Shown: piece by piece, positions 39,433 to 49,547 of the stretch | Numbering within the stretch: the first letter of the stretch is position 1 | Layout of the letters: every line of letters starts with the position of its first letter | Assembly: GCA_051532035.1 (NCBI GenBank) | Contig: JAOPTW010000063.1 | Span: 10,174 to 74,173, forward strand | DNA: 64,000 nucleotides | Source: Fibrobacterales bacterium | GTDB taxonomy: Bacteria > Fibrobacterota > Fibrobacteria > Fibrobacterales > JAOPTW01 | Direction of reading: 5' to 3' | Notes under the pieces: model-generated | Told to the model about the DNA's origin: nothing | Database searches by the model: none | The model's input: the letters and a program-made list of their open reading frames with translations, nothing else | Translations under genes and position numbers: made by a program

Positions 39433-40404
39433 ATGGAGGTAGAACTATTGGATAGAATGGCTGTTAGTGCATTAGTTGATGGGTGGCAAGAGCTTATAGA
39501 TCTATTAGCTGATATTGTTAACGTGCCTGCAGGGCTCGTGATGCACTTAAATGAACAACGAGAGTTGGAAGTTTTTGTATCAAGCAAAACATCAGGAAAT
39601 CCATATGCTGTTGGTGATAAAGAGATTATGGAGAATTCAGGACTCTACTGCGAACGAGTCATTAAAACTAATAATCAACTCAAAGTCCCCAATGCACTCA
39701 TTGATGACGAATGGAAAAATAATCCCGATGTAAAACTCAACATGATATCATACCTCGGAGAGCCCATATTGTGGCCTAACGGTAATCCATTTGGTACGAT
39801 ATGCATCTTGGACAACAAAGAGAACATCTACAACAAACAGTACGAAGAGCTTGTCCATTGATTTAAGGGGATTATTGAGAATGAACTATTATTACTTGAT
39901 AAAAATATTCGTTTACTCAGACTTTCTGAAACAGATCAATTAACCAACGCCTATAATCGAGTCACTTTTTACAAAAAAGCTGAGGTTGATCTGTATCGTT
40001 CTAATCGCTACAAAGCAGATATGAGTATCTTACTTTTTGATTTAGATAATTTTAAAGTGATCAATGATACCTTTGGACACCAAGCTGGAGATGTCGTGCT
40101 CACAAAATTCTCTAACCTCATAAAATTGGAACTCAGAACTTCAGATTATTTAGCACGCTATGGAGGTGAAGAGTTTATTCTCGCCCTCCCCGAAACCTCA
40201 TATGACAACGCAGCACTTATCGCTGAGCGAATTCGGAAAAAAGTTTCTGAAATGGTTGTTCAGTATGACGACAAGGAAATATCTATTACGACGAGTATCG
40301 GCATCGGGAGTAATGACGAGGATACTACTTTAGAATCATTAATTTATCGGACTGATACCGCTCTGTATGCTGCTAAAAGAAAAGGCAGGAACTTGGTCTG
40401 TTGA
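39433..40404 (+). pseudogene. GAF-GGDEF diguanylate cyclase interrupted by an in-frame TGA at 39859-39861
   Basis: The two supplied ORFs share a frame; the gap translates FKGIIENELL...ETDQLTNAYNR and joins GAF to a GGDEF domain with RTSD I-site and GGEEF. Confidence 0.82.
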
Positions 40405-40501
40405 TGATGGAGACTGTAACTCACCATTTTCTATGACCTTTTAAACCATCACCCAGTTCTAGTGGGGCCCTCAATAGAGACGGTATTCATACACCTCGAG
40501 C

Positions 40502-42880
40502 CTACTGATTAATTAATGTATCTAATAGATTCAATAGTTCGTTGTTTTTGTACGGCTTTTGTAAATGCCCCATTAACCCGAAAGGCTTTAGCTGGTCAAG
40601 ATCTTTCTCTCTATTAAATCCAGATGAAATTATTGCCTTTACATCCGGTTTTATAGTATGAATTTTTTTAAGACAATCACTACCGTTGAGATTAGGCATC
40701 ATCATATCTAATATTATTGCATCATATTTTTCAGGATTCATTTCAACAAGCTTGACCGCCTCAACCCCATCTTCTGCTACATCTACGGTATATCCTCTAT
40801 CTTCGAGCATCATTGAGAGTGAAAGCCGTATAATTTCTTCATCATCAGCAATCAAAATAGTTCCAGAAGCCATTCTATCTGTAGTATGGCATATTTCATT
40901 TTCAATAATTTTTTTATCGCTAACCGGAAATAACATTTGAAAAGTCGTGCCTTTATTTATTTCACTCTCGACCGTTATATACCCATGGTATTGTTTGATA
41001 ATGGCATATACTGTCGATAACCCAAGACCTGTACCCATGCCCTGCGGTTTGGTAGTATAAAATGGCTCAAATATTCTAGTGAGATCCTTTTCAGAAACAC
41101 CAATACCTTCATCCTTAACCGATACAACTACATAATTACCTGGCATCAAAGTAGGATCAAGTAACTGGCATGCTTTTTCATCCAGAACTCTATTTATGGT
41201 AGAAATTATTAAAACCCCACCATCTGGTTGAGCATGAGCCGCATTAATACCCATATTCATAAAGATACTTTGTAGTTGCGCAGGGTCTGCCACAATATTA
41301 CAGTCAGAGCAATCTAAATTACAGTCAATTACTATTCGTTTATCTATTGTTCTTTCAAGAATTTCTACAGCATCTGTAATTGAAGTCTGTAAATTAACTG
41401 CTGTTGAAGAGAGTTGTGGGTGCCGTATAAACGTCAAGAGCTTATTACTTAACTCTGCCGCTCTCCCCGTTGATTTTAGAATCATATTCACAATATTTGT
41501 TACACGCTCAATATCACCGCTATTGCCAATAATTAGTTCGGCTGCATTTGATATACCTGTAAGCATATTATTAAAGTCATGCGCTATCCCTCCAGCTAGT
41601 TGGCCAATAGCATCCATTTTTTGATCATGCTGTAGTTGCTGTTGCATCTTTAGTTCGTGGGTAACATCTCTGAATACTATAACAAGACCACTCACTTCAT
41701 TTTCTCTGTTTATAATAGGAGACCCAGAATGAGATACCCGAATTTTTGATCCGTTTTTTGTTTGTAACTCAATGTCCTGCCCCAGGTTTACGGTCTCTTT
41801 TCTCTCAATAACTCTACTAATGAGCTCATCTACAAGCCGTAACGAGTCGTTTGAAATTGACGTAATAGCAAATACGTCTTTTAAATTTTTTCCAATTGCT
41901 TCATCACAGTCCCAGCCTGTTATAACTGACGCTATGGGGTTCATTTCAGTAATCAATCCCAAGGTGTCGGTGGTAATAACCCCGTCAGCTATAGAGTTTA
42001 ATGTGGTTCTTAAATGCGATTCACTTTTAACCAATTCAGATTCATCTCTAAGACGCTCTAGTTCATGTGCAGTTCGTACTGCAACTATTTGAAGTACTGT
42101 TTCAATAAGTGAAGTATCAACAAACGGTTCTTTATTGAGAACAGCAATGAGGCCAATGGTTGCTCCAGAAGAATCCCAAAGGGGAATACCCAAGTAACTT
42201 TGAGCTTCCATATGCTGTAAGAGGATATCTTTAGGAAACAATTCTTGTACGCCTGATTTATAGACACACATTTTGGAAGTTAAAACATTTGCACAAGGTG
42301 TTCCACTTAAGTTATATAACATCTCCTCCTGTATTTCTCCATTAGAATATAAGCCAATGGTTGAGACGGTGTTATTGGGTAGAAGCCTATCTATTATTAC
42401 ATAGTCAAGAGAGAACACTGTACCTAAAAATTGTACTAACGACTCAAAGTATGGCCTACCCTTTTCTTTCCATCCTTTTTGAGCAACCTGATACAGTGCA
42501 TCTTCTATAATTTTATGAGTAGTAATATCATGTGCAACACATTGAATAGAAGTTACCCCATCATGTTCATCCTTAATGGGTATCGCTTTTACATCAAGAA
42601 TTTTTGTCTGCCCATTTTTATGACGCAGATGTATATGAAAGGATTCTTGCTCAATACCTTGAATGGTTAATTCTATTTTTTTTACAGTGGTCTCTTTATG
42701 AGTATCATCAATGAGATATTCTGAGTAATGAGTGAGAAACTCATTTTGAGTATACCCTAAAATAGTTTCAATCTTGGGATTGACATAGGTACATACGCCA
42801 TCTAGGTCTTGGACATAATAAAAGTAGTTGTCCCCCAGTGATTCTAACAGTTTTTTATACTCTAAGTCATTCTCAGACAT
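40502..42880 (-). CDS. Cytoplasmic hybrid sensor kinase (PAS-GAF-PAS-HisKA-HATPase-REC)
   Basis: GIAHDFNNML H-box, FEPFYTTK, GTGLGL, ADDE and LDMMMP receiver motifs. Confidence 0.92.
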   Translation of the reverse strand: MSENDLEYKKLLESLGDNYFYYVQDLDGVCTYVNPKIETILGYTQNEFLTHYSEYLIDDTHKETTVKKIELTIQGIEQESFHIHLRHKNGQTKILDVKAIPIKDEHDGVTSIQCVAHDITTHKIIEDALYQVAQKGWKEKGRPYFESLVQFLGTVFSLDYVIIDRLLPNNTVSTIGLYSNGEIQEEMLYNLSGTPCANVLTSKMCVYKSGVQELFPKDILLQHMEAQSYLGIPLWDSSGATIGLIAVLNKEPFVDTSLIETVLQIVAVRTAHELERLRDESELVKSESHLRTTLNSIADGVITTDTLGLITEMNPIASVITGWDCDEAIGKNLKDVFAITSISNDSLRLVDELISRVIERKETVNLGQDIELQTKNGSKIRVSHSGSPIINRENEVSGLVIVFRDVTHELKMQQQLQHDQKMDAIGQLAGGIAHDFNNMLTGISNAAELIIGNSGDIERVTNIVNMILKSTGRAAELSNKLLTFIRHPQLSSTAVNLQTSITDAVEILERTIDKRIVIDCNLDCSDCNIVADPAQLQSIFMNMGINAAHAQPDGGVLIISTINRVLDEKACQLLDPTLMPGNYVVVSVKDEGIGVSEKDLTRIFEPFYTTKPQGMGTGLGLSTVYAIIKQYHGYITVESEINKGTTFQMLFPVSDKKIIENEICHTTDRMASGTILIADDEEIIRLSLSMMLEDRGYTVDVAEDGVEAVKLVEMNPEKYDAIILDMMMPNLNGSDCLKKIHTIKPDVKAIISSGFNREKDLDQLKPFGLMGHLQKPYKNNELLNLLDTLINQ

Positions 42881-43098
42881 ATCTATAGGACCTTTTAGTG
42901 CGTATACTCATTATATTATTAAAAAAATAAAATAGCACTGTTTCCCCAAAAAACACTTGATAGTAAGAAAACAGAATGGTTTTTCGATATTTCAGAGGAT
43001 TTCATGAAAATCCACTCATTTCATGTCATAGCCATTCACCTTCTAAGCATACTGAGTAAAAGTGATGCAGAGGATTATGAGATGTATCCTGCGGGAAT

Positions 43099-43131
43099 AA
43101 AAAATGGCCCATTGGATAATCCAACAGGCCA
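43099..43131 (-). terminator. Terminator of the ricin-lectin gene
   Basis: Minus strand tggcctgttgga-tta-tccaatgggcca followed by a T-run. Confidence 0.7.
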
Positions 43132-43158
43132 CTACATTATTTATCTATATACGGTATC

Positions 43159-44070
43159 TTACTGGTGCACGATATCCCAATAAATACTGAGACCATTAGC
43201 ACAATTGTCAACAACGAGAGATGCATTATCGTCACCACTTTCAGTTTCTACAGCAAGACACTCACTGGCGTTACTTACTGATTCCAACTTAAACATATTG
43301 TTGAATTTTTTCTCTATTCTCCATTTCTGGTTACTTTGTGCAGGATATCCTTCCCAAAGCTGTACATTAGAAGAGTTTTGATCTTTGTCGAGAAGTTTCC
43401 AACCTTGAGTATTACGGATCTCATATTCACCATTACCAAGGTGAGAAAGGTTCCATACTTTTTTCTGACCATACTCAACATCACAATTATACTGGAGAGC
43501 GTTGTCACCATTCGCATCATTCCATACTGATGCACATTTTCTTGATCTATAGTTAACGAGAGTGTATGACCCACTGAGTACTTCCTGTTTTATAGGAGTA
43601 GCAAGAGAGAATCCTGTACAGTAATCACTTGCGACAGTTACATTACCAGGATTCTCCGCTCTCAAACAGATTTCAGGGTTACTTTTTAAACGAAATTCAA
43701 ACCATGCATAGGGAGGCGCTGACTGCTCAATATACCATGAACGATAATCCTCGACCGCTTCACCATATTGCTGAACATTTGTTCCATTACCCCAGTTTTC
43801 AACATCAAGAAGTTTGTTAGATCCCACGTTTCTGACACTGTACGTCTCTCCATCTTGATTTTTAGTAATAGAGAACGTCTGTGCGTCAGTTCCATTACAT
43901 TCATACATCTGAATATTGGCACCATTTTCAGTAGACGCCCCTTGTACATCCATACATCCAGATTGCGCTCTGTAAATACCTATTTTATATTCACCATCTG
44001 CCAAATCTGCTTGTGCGGCCCCTGCAAATACAGACAACGCTGCTACTGTAGAAAAAAGTAGTTTTTTCAT
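43159..44070 (-). CDS. Secreted protein with two ricin B (CBM13-like) beta-trefoil domains
   Basis: Signal peptide ending AQA; CMDVQGASTENGANIQMYECNGTDAQTF, NQKW and related QxW repeats; no catalytic domain. Confidence 0.88.
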   Translation of the reverse strand: MKKLLFSTVAALSVFAGAAQADLADGEYKIGIYRAQSGCMDVQGASTENGANIQMYECNGTDAQTFSITKNQDGETYSVRNVGSNKLLDVENWGNGTNVQQYGEAVEDYRSWYIEQSAPPYAWFEFRLKSNPEICLRAENPGNVTVASDYCTGFSLATPIKQEVLSGSYTLVNYRSRKCASVWNDANGDNALQYNCDVEYGQKKVWNLSHLGNGEYEIRNTQGWKLLDKDQNSSNVQLWEGYPAQSNQKWRIEKKFNNMFKLESVSNASECLAVETESGDDNASLVVDNCANGLSIYWDIVHQ

Positions 44071-44310
44071 ATTTATTCCTATATCTTAAAGTGTGTGCTT
44101 ACTACCGATACCGATAATTACTACCGATATGGAGCCCACCTGAACAATCAGGTGTAGCTCCCAAGGTAGCTACAAATACCCAATGAGTAGATACATTCAG
44201 AACTGAGTAAGCAATATGCGTACTGAAAGCGTACTCAAATTTTGTATCTGAATACTCTTTTTATTCGTTTTAATGGTATACTATTTCCAATCCCCCATTT
44301 GAAATAGAGT

Positions 44311-45513
44311 ATGAGCATAGAATTTAACCTGAGTCAAAAAACACATTTTATTCAACGATACACCAAAACTATGTCGATATTGCTCCCCGCATCGTCAGCA
44401 TTCATTATTACCCTCTCCGACAAGCCTCTCTATGCAGCAATAATACTCGCGATATTTCTATTGTACAATATCATCTTTACAAGACTTGATAAACTCTATC
44501 AGAAAAGTTTTCTTATAACAATACGCCGTTTTCTTCATGTTCCAATCTTATTCCTACTCCCCTATGTTTCAGGGCCTCAAACCCCAGGCTGGCTCATCTC
44601 CCTCGGCCTCATTCATATCGTAACCATAACAGAGAATAACCGTTTCATTCAATACTCCTACATCTTTATTCTCTTTTTAGCGACAATGCTTGGCATGTAT
44701 GTGAGTGGCAACGACGTCGACGCACTTCTCATATCATCAATTGCCATTGCCACTACCATCACTATGAGCCTTACCACAAAAACTCTTCTGAATGAAGCGT
44801 ATCTCAATCAGAAAAAAGCAAATACCGACAAAGACATGATCCTTTCAGTTATATCTCATGATTTTAGAACTCCTCTTAATAATATTGAAAGCCTCCTCCC
44901 CCTCTTAAAAAATGATGAGTACGATATTTCTAAACAAAATAAAGATGAAATGATTGATACACTATTAGCCCAAACAGGCAAAGTTCAATCCCTGCTCACT
45001 AATGTTCTTACATGGAGCAAAGCAAAGCGCGGGCTGATTAACCCCAAAAAAGAGCAGCTCTCTGCACACCTGCTTATTCAAGAAAGTATCGCAGCATATG
45101 AATTAACCATTGCAGAGAAAGAAATTACAGCAACACTAGAAATCCCAGAAAATAACTCTGTTTTTTGCGATAGTGCAAGTATTCGAATCGTGTTTGCAAA
45201 CATTATTCAGAATGCAATTAAGTACACCCCTCGCGGAGGTACTATTGCCATCAGTACCTCACAAAACAGTGAGGAGCTTACGGTTCTTTTTCGCATTACC
45301 AACTCCGGTAAAGCTGTTGACTCCACTATAGTAAACAACCTTTTTAAAACTACTCAAGTAACATCCACACTCGGCACAGAGAATGAATCAGGTAATGGGC
45401 TCGGCCTCTCTCTATCCAAAGAGCTTGTAGAAGAGAATAATGGAACAATCTATTATGACAACAGCTACAGCGAGGGTACCTCTTTTGTGGTGAAGCTACC
45501 TACTGAATCGTAG
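44311..45513 (+). CDS. Membrane sensor histidine kinase
   Basis: Multi-TM N-terminus, SHDFRTPL, NAIKY and GTENESGNGLGL. Confidence 0.9.
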   Translation: MSIEFNLSQKTHFIQRYTKTMSILLPASSAFIITLSDKPLYAAIILAIFLLYNIIFTRLDKLYQKSFLITIRRFLHVPILFLLPYVSGPQTPGWLISLGLIHIVTITENNRFIQYSYIFILFLATMLGMYVSGNDVDALLISSIAIATTITMSLTTKTLLNEAYLNQKKANTDKDMILSVISHDFRTPLNNIESLLPLLKNDEYDISKQNKDEMIDTLLAQTGKVQSLLTNVLTWSKAKRGLINPKKEQLSAHLLIQESIAAYELTIAEKEITATLEIPENNSVFCDSASIRIVFANIIQNAIKYTPRGGTIAISTSQNSEELTVLFRITNSGKAVDSTIVNNLFKTTQVTSTLGTENESGNGLGLSLSKELVEENNGTIYYDNSYSEGTSFVVKLPTES

Positions 45514-45644
45514 GGATCATCGATTAAACACAACAAGGAGATCGCTCTGAGGGAATTTACGCTTACCAAAAGTAATCAATCATAAATCGCCTTAGAAACC
45601 GATAGGCCTAAGAGTTAGCCCTGTTGCGGGCTGATCTGTCTCCC

Positions 45645-48600
45645 TTATTCACATTGAATATTCTGTCGTACCACACCCATTTGTTCAGTAAAGCTTTCAG
45701 TAGCCCCTGAATCAAAGGCGAGTGTTACTTGCCAGTAATAGACGCCACTCCCAACGAGACGATTGTCTGTATCCTTTATATCCCAGATGAGATCATTGAT
45801 AAAGAAACCATGAATATTCGTTTGTTCAATTCTATATTCATTTTGAAACTCATCACAGAAGCCAAATCGTTGCGACCAAGAAGTGATAAATTGCCCAAGA
45901 TGATCAAGAACATACACCGTTGCAGTGTAGGATCCTTGCCCTTCAAAGGTACCTACTACAAGAGACGCTAAACAGTGATGATCAAAATTATTGTTTAACG
46001 AGCGTCCATCTTCACACTGTTCCTCGTCACTCTGTTCTTCGAAAACACCATCAAAATAATTATAGGGAGCGACCCACGAATCATCGAGTGTCGCGGACGC
46101 TCGAACGCTTTCATCAAGAGGTTCACCATCTTCATCAAATACAGGAATCACTTCTGTAGCAATTGAACCTTTGTTTACATTTTCTACACCAATGACACTA
46201 GAACGAAATTGTGCACCAATAACACTTCTCGCAAAGGCTTCGCCTTCTATAGTAACAGAGTGTTCCGTTACCTCATTATCGTATACATCAGTCACACCTG
46301 AATTCGGTGTAAATGAGATTTCATCACCAACGGTAATCGCTGGACTTCCTTGTTCTTTATCCAAAAGTACCATCCATGATATGCCCTCTTCCCCTTTGCT
46401 CGGCTTTTTTGTGAGGGGTAGAGTAAAGGTCTTACCCTTACTTGTTGTAATGGTAAACATATCTGGCCAATGATCTTTTCGAATAATGTTTTCTGATGCA
46501 AATACCATGAGAGTATCTGGCTGAAAATGATAGGTGTAGTCACCATCTGCATCTTTAACTGCGTATTGATAATTTCGCGCAGGTATTGAAAGAGCACGCA
46601 CTAGCACCGGTCCAATGCTATCCTGAATAGCAACCTTCACACCATCAACTCTGAGTGTTGGTTCATCTTGGGTATCCATGGTGGTCAATCCAACGGGAAA
46701 TGGTTTATCAAGTTCCACTACTATTACAGCGTAATTCTTTTTATCATCCCTTTCTAAGAAGCTTAGATTGTCCTTTTTTACGGTAATCGAGTTTTTTTCA
46801 TCGGTAGGCCAGTCAATGGAAGTTATTTCTTCAGGCAGTTCTCGTAAGTCTGAATCGAAGAAAATGATAATCTGATCAGCAGCACCATCTAAATCTCGAT
46901 CATAAATGTATGAAGCCCTTGGTGATGGTTGGATTGGACCATCTTCAATATCTATTTGAGTAAATGCTGTTTCCCGAGGATCAAGAGGATGCACCCAAGT
47001 AAATTCAAAAGTCTCTCCCGAAAGCCCTTCAATAATATCATTCTTTGGTGTTGGGTTTTCATCAGCGGTGCTGGCAACAGCGTAATTAGAAAAAATATGA
47101 TTGGTGAATTCAAGTTCAATACTCTCTGAATCATTATCACTTACCATACTCACTTCAGGGGTAAAACCACAGGACCGTGTGTGTAACTCAAGACCCAGAT
47201 TAGCAACGTTTGATCCTAAACTTGTGAGAGGACTACCAGTGGAAGATACCACAGAAAGCGTTGGAGTTTCATAGCAGACAGCATCAAACAAACTACTAGA
47301 GATGTCATGTCTTCCGAGGGTACTGAGCGGACCTTTAGATACATCTATGGTAATGTTACTTTCGAAGGCATTGCTTGTATCTCTATCACTCAGGGCTACA
47401 ATATTGAGTTTATTAGTCCCAATATCAAGTGGTAGGAGTGTACTAACCACCTGATACAATTTATCATTTTGATCAAATTTTATGTATTCGGTACTTTCTA
47501 ATTCTTGATCATTCTTTGCATTGGTGATAATAGTTCTATCTGGATCACGCTCTAGGAGCGTATTCGTTAAAATTGCCTGCATCGCTTGATCAATTTGATC
47601 AGCTGAATTTATCTGAAATACCTGACCCTTTGTTTGTGTTGCTATATCACTCAGGGTATAGTGTACCGTCGATGTCAAAGAGATTGGATATATTGGCGGG
47701 AAATTAGTAGAATCAAGACCTACGGCAAAATTATTAAATGCGTCTTGAATGCCAGGATCATCTGTTGGTGATCCATCAGTTAAAAAGATAATAATTGATT
47801 CATTATCATTTGTTTGACTTACTTCTTCGAGCCATTTTGCAGCCTCAATTATTGGTGAAGAATACCATGTGCCATAAACTCTCTTTGATCCACACCCATA
47901 CCAAAAGTCTGTTTCATCATAGGATGATTGATAGACTAATTTATTCCACTGATCAGTGTCTGATAACAACCCGGGTTTTACACGGGTATCAACAGAATCG
48001 CTCCGTCGAGTACTTGGCCCCCATCCTGGCCAACTTGCGTCATAAATTTCCTGTGTTCCATTACAAATACCCGCAGCAAATCCCATAAACCCAACACTGG
48101 ACTGTGGCGCTTTCTTAAGCAAGGTGTCGAGTGACCTTCTCACTGCTTTAGGTGCCCTAAACGTACCATCATGATGGGTAAACATACTCCCACTTTGATC
48201 GACCACAAAGACAATATTGAGCGGGGCCGTGAAGCTGAGGTCAGGTGGGAGGCATATATTCACACCATTTTCAGAGATTCTTGTAATGTTTTCGGGAACA
48301 ATCACCGTACTATTGTTTAATTGGTCTAGATCGATACAGGCATCTTTTTTGGTTACCAAATCGCACCGAACAGGACCATCATAGATTGAGGCATCTGGAT
48401 CAATATAGATTTTAAGTGTGTCTGTAAAAGAAAAACGAGGCCATTCACTATCGGCATATTCCGCTTCTATCCAAACAGTCCTATATGGGACCTCTGCTGT
48501 AAAAAGCACTGACTCACCTACATCACTAGATAGCACATCATCAGTAGCTCTATCATGATCCAATATATTCCATGTGACCCCATTACTTTTATCAACCAGC

Positions 48601-49220
48601 TCAACACCTGCACTGTTATAAATTTTTGCTGATAGTGTTACATCTTGTCCCACCATCCCAACATCTGTATTTGTGCTGAGTTTCATTTTAGAGGGGTAAT
48701 TAGGATTTGACTCACCAAAAACTTCGACCTCATAGAGGGAGTACCCGTAGATTCCTGTTCTTCTTTTACACGTCACTTTTACAAACCGGGCCTCTCGCTC
48801 TGAAAAAATAACAGCCTTCGTTTCACCGGGAGCTCCATCATTAATATTTTCTATGAGCTCCCACGTTCTCTGTTCGGACGCAATATTTACATCATCTGTT
48901 GATACTTCAATAGAGTATTGAGATGCTGCAGCAGCTTCCCAAAAAAGGATTATTTCATCAATAAGATATACTTCACCTAAATCTATAATGATATAGAAAG
49001 GGCCATTTTCAAATGCACTCCCCCAACGACTATTATCAGATGTGGTATTCCCATCTACTACACGATCTGGTGATAATTGAAAGTTTAGATCATTCGTTTC
49101 AACTGGTGTACGATTATACGCTAAATTTGCACGTTGAGAATAGGCAATACTGCTCAGTAACAAAATACCAAACAAGATACGATACCATAAATTACTTGTA
49201 CTATAGATACAATTCCCCAA
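45645..49220 (-). CDS. Large exported protein: F5/8 (CBM32-like) + Ig-like + VWA + Fibrobacter-type C-terminal region
   Basis: VDGN..SRW, IDLG and YSLYEVEVFG (discoidin); VVDQSGSM and FLTDG (MIDAS); WDIKD..RLVGSGVYYW C-terminus; TTG start. Confidence 0.8.
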   Translation of the reverse strand: MGNCIYSTSNLWYRILFGILLLSSIAYSQRANLAYNRTPVETNDLNFQLSPDRVVDGNTTSDNSRWGSAFENGPFYIIIDLGEVYLIDEIILFWEAAAASQYSIEVSTDDVNIASEQRTWELIENINDGAPGETKAVIFSEREARFVKVTCKRRTGIYGYSLYEVEVFGESNPNYPSKMKLSTNTDVGMVGQDVTLSAKIYNSAGVELVDKSNGVTWNILDHDRATDDVLSSDVGESVLFTAEVPYRTVWIEAEYADSEWPRFSFTDTLKIYIDPDASIYDGPVRCDLVTKKDACIDLDQLNNSTVIVPENITRISENGVNICLPPDLSFTAPLNIVFVVDQSGSMFTHHDGTFRAPKAVRRSLDTLLKKAPQSSVGFMGFAAGICNGTQEIYDASWPGWGPSTRRSDSVDTRVKPGLLSDTDQWNKLVYQSSYDETDFWYGCGSKRVYGTWYSSPIIEAAKWLEEVSQTNDNESIIIFLTDGSPTDDPGIQDAFNNFAVGLDSTNFPPIYPISLTSTVHYTLSDIATQTKGQVFQINSADQIDQAMQAILTNTLLERDPDRTIITNAKNDQELESTEYIKFDQNDKLYQVVSTLLPLDIGTNKLNIVALSDRDTSNAFESNITIDVSKGPLSTLGRHDISSSLFDAVCYETPTLSVVSSTGSPLTSLGSNVANLGLELHTRSCGFTPEVSMVSDNDSESIELEFTNHIFSNYAVASTADENPTPKNDIIEGLSGETFEFTWVHPLDPRETAFTQIDIEDGPIQPSPRASYIYDRDLDGAADQIIIFFDSDLRELPEEITSIDWPTDEKNSITVKKDNLSFLERDDKKNYAVIVVELDKPFPVGLTTMDTQDEPTLRVDGVKVAIQDSIGPVLVRALSIPARNYQYAVKDADGDYTYHFQPDTLMVFASENIIRKDHWPDMFTITTSKGKTFTLPLTKKPSKGEEGISWMVLLDKEQGSPAITVGDEISFTPNSGVTDVYDNEVTEHSVTIEGEAFARSVIGAQFRSSVIGVENVNKGSIATEVIPVFDEDGEPLDESVRASATLDDSWVAPYNYFDGVFEEQSDEEQCEDGRSLNNNFDHHCLASLVVGTFEGQGSYTATVYVLDHLGQFITSWSQRFGFCDEFQNEYRIEQTNIHGFFINDLIWDIKDTDNRLVGSGVYYWQVTLAFDSGATESFTEQMGVVRQNIQCE

Positions 49221-49368
49221 AACTAAAGCCCCTTCAGTATCTGTGTGTTAGAGTTAATGTATACAAACATTGTCAATAACCTATTTCCATACATCATGTA
49301 AAGTAAAGTTTACATTTGTTCTTGATGAAAACCGTTCACTCTATTTTGTCACTGGTTATGGTGCCGGA

Positions 49369-49389
49369 TGTCTCAAATAGGTGACCACT
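49369..49389 (+). repeat. Dispersed intergenic motif, part 2
   Basis: tgtctca-aataggtga-ccact followed by atac. Confidence 0.5.
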
Positions 49390-49547
49390 ATACAATGTGT
49401 TCACTAAAGGTGTACGCGAATATATTTTTAACCCCAAAAACTAAATATTTAAATGTTCCCGTTTTTTAATTTACACACTCAATTAAAGTGTTGGTAAAAA
49501 CATTTACTCAGCATTTTGAATGTTTACATTAACATGAAGGAATATGA

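Noticed and set aside
39859..39861. Selenocysteine or an alternative genetic code at the in-frame TGA
   Set aside because: Not a redox or Cys-type position, no evident downstream hairpin, and TGA ends other genes here.
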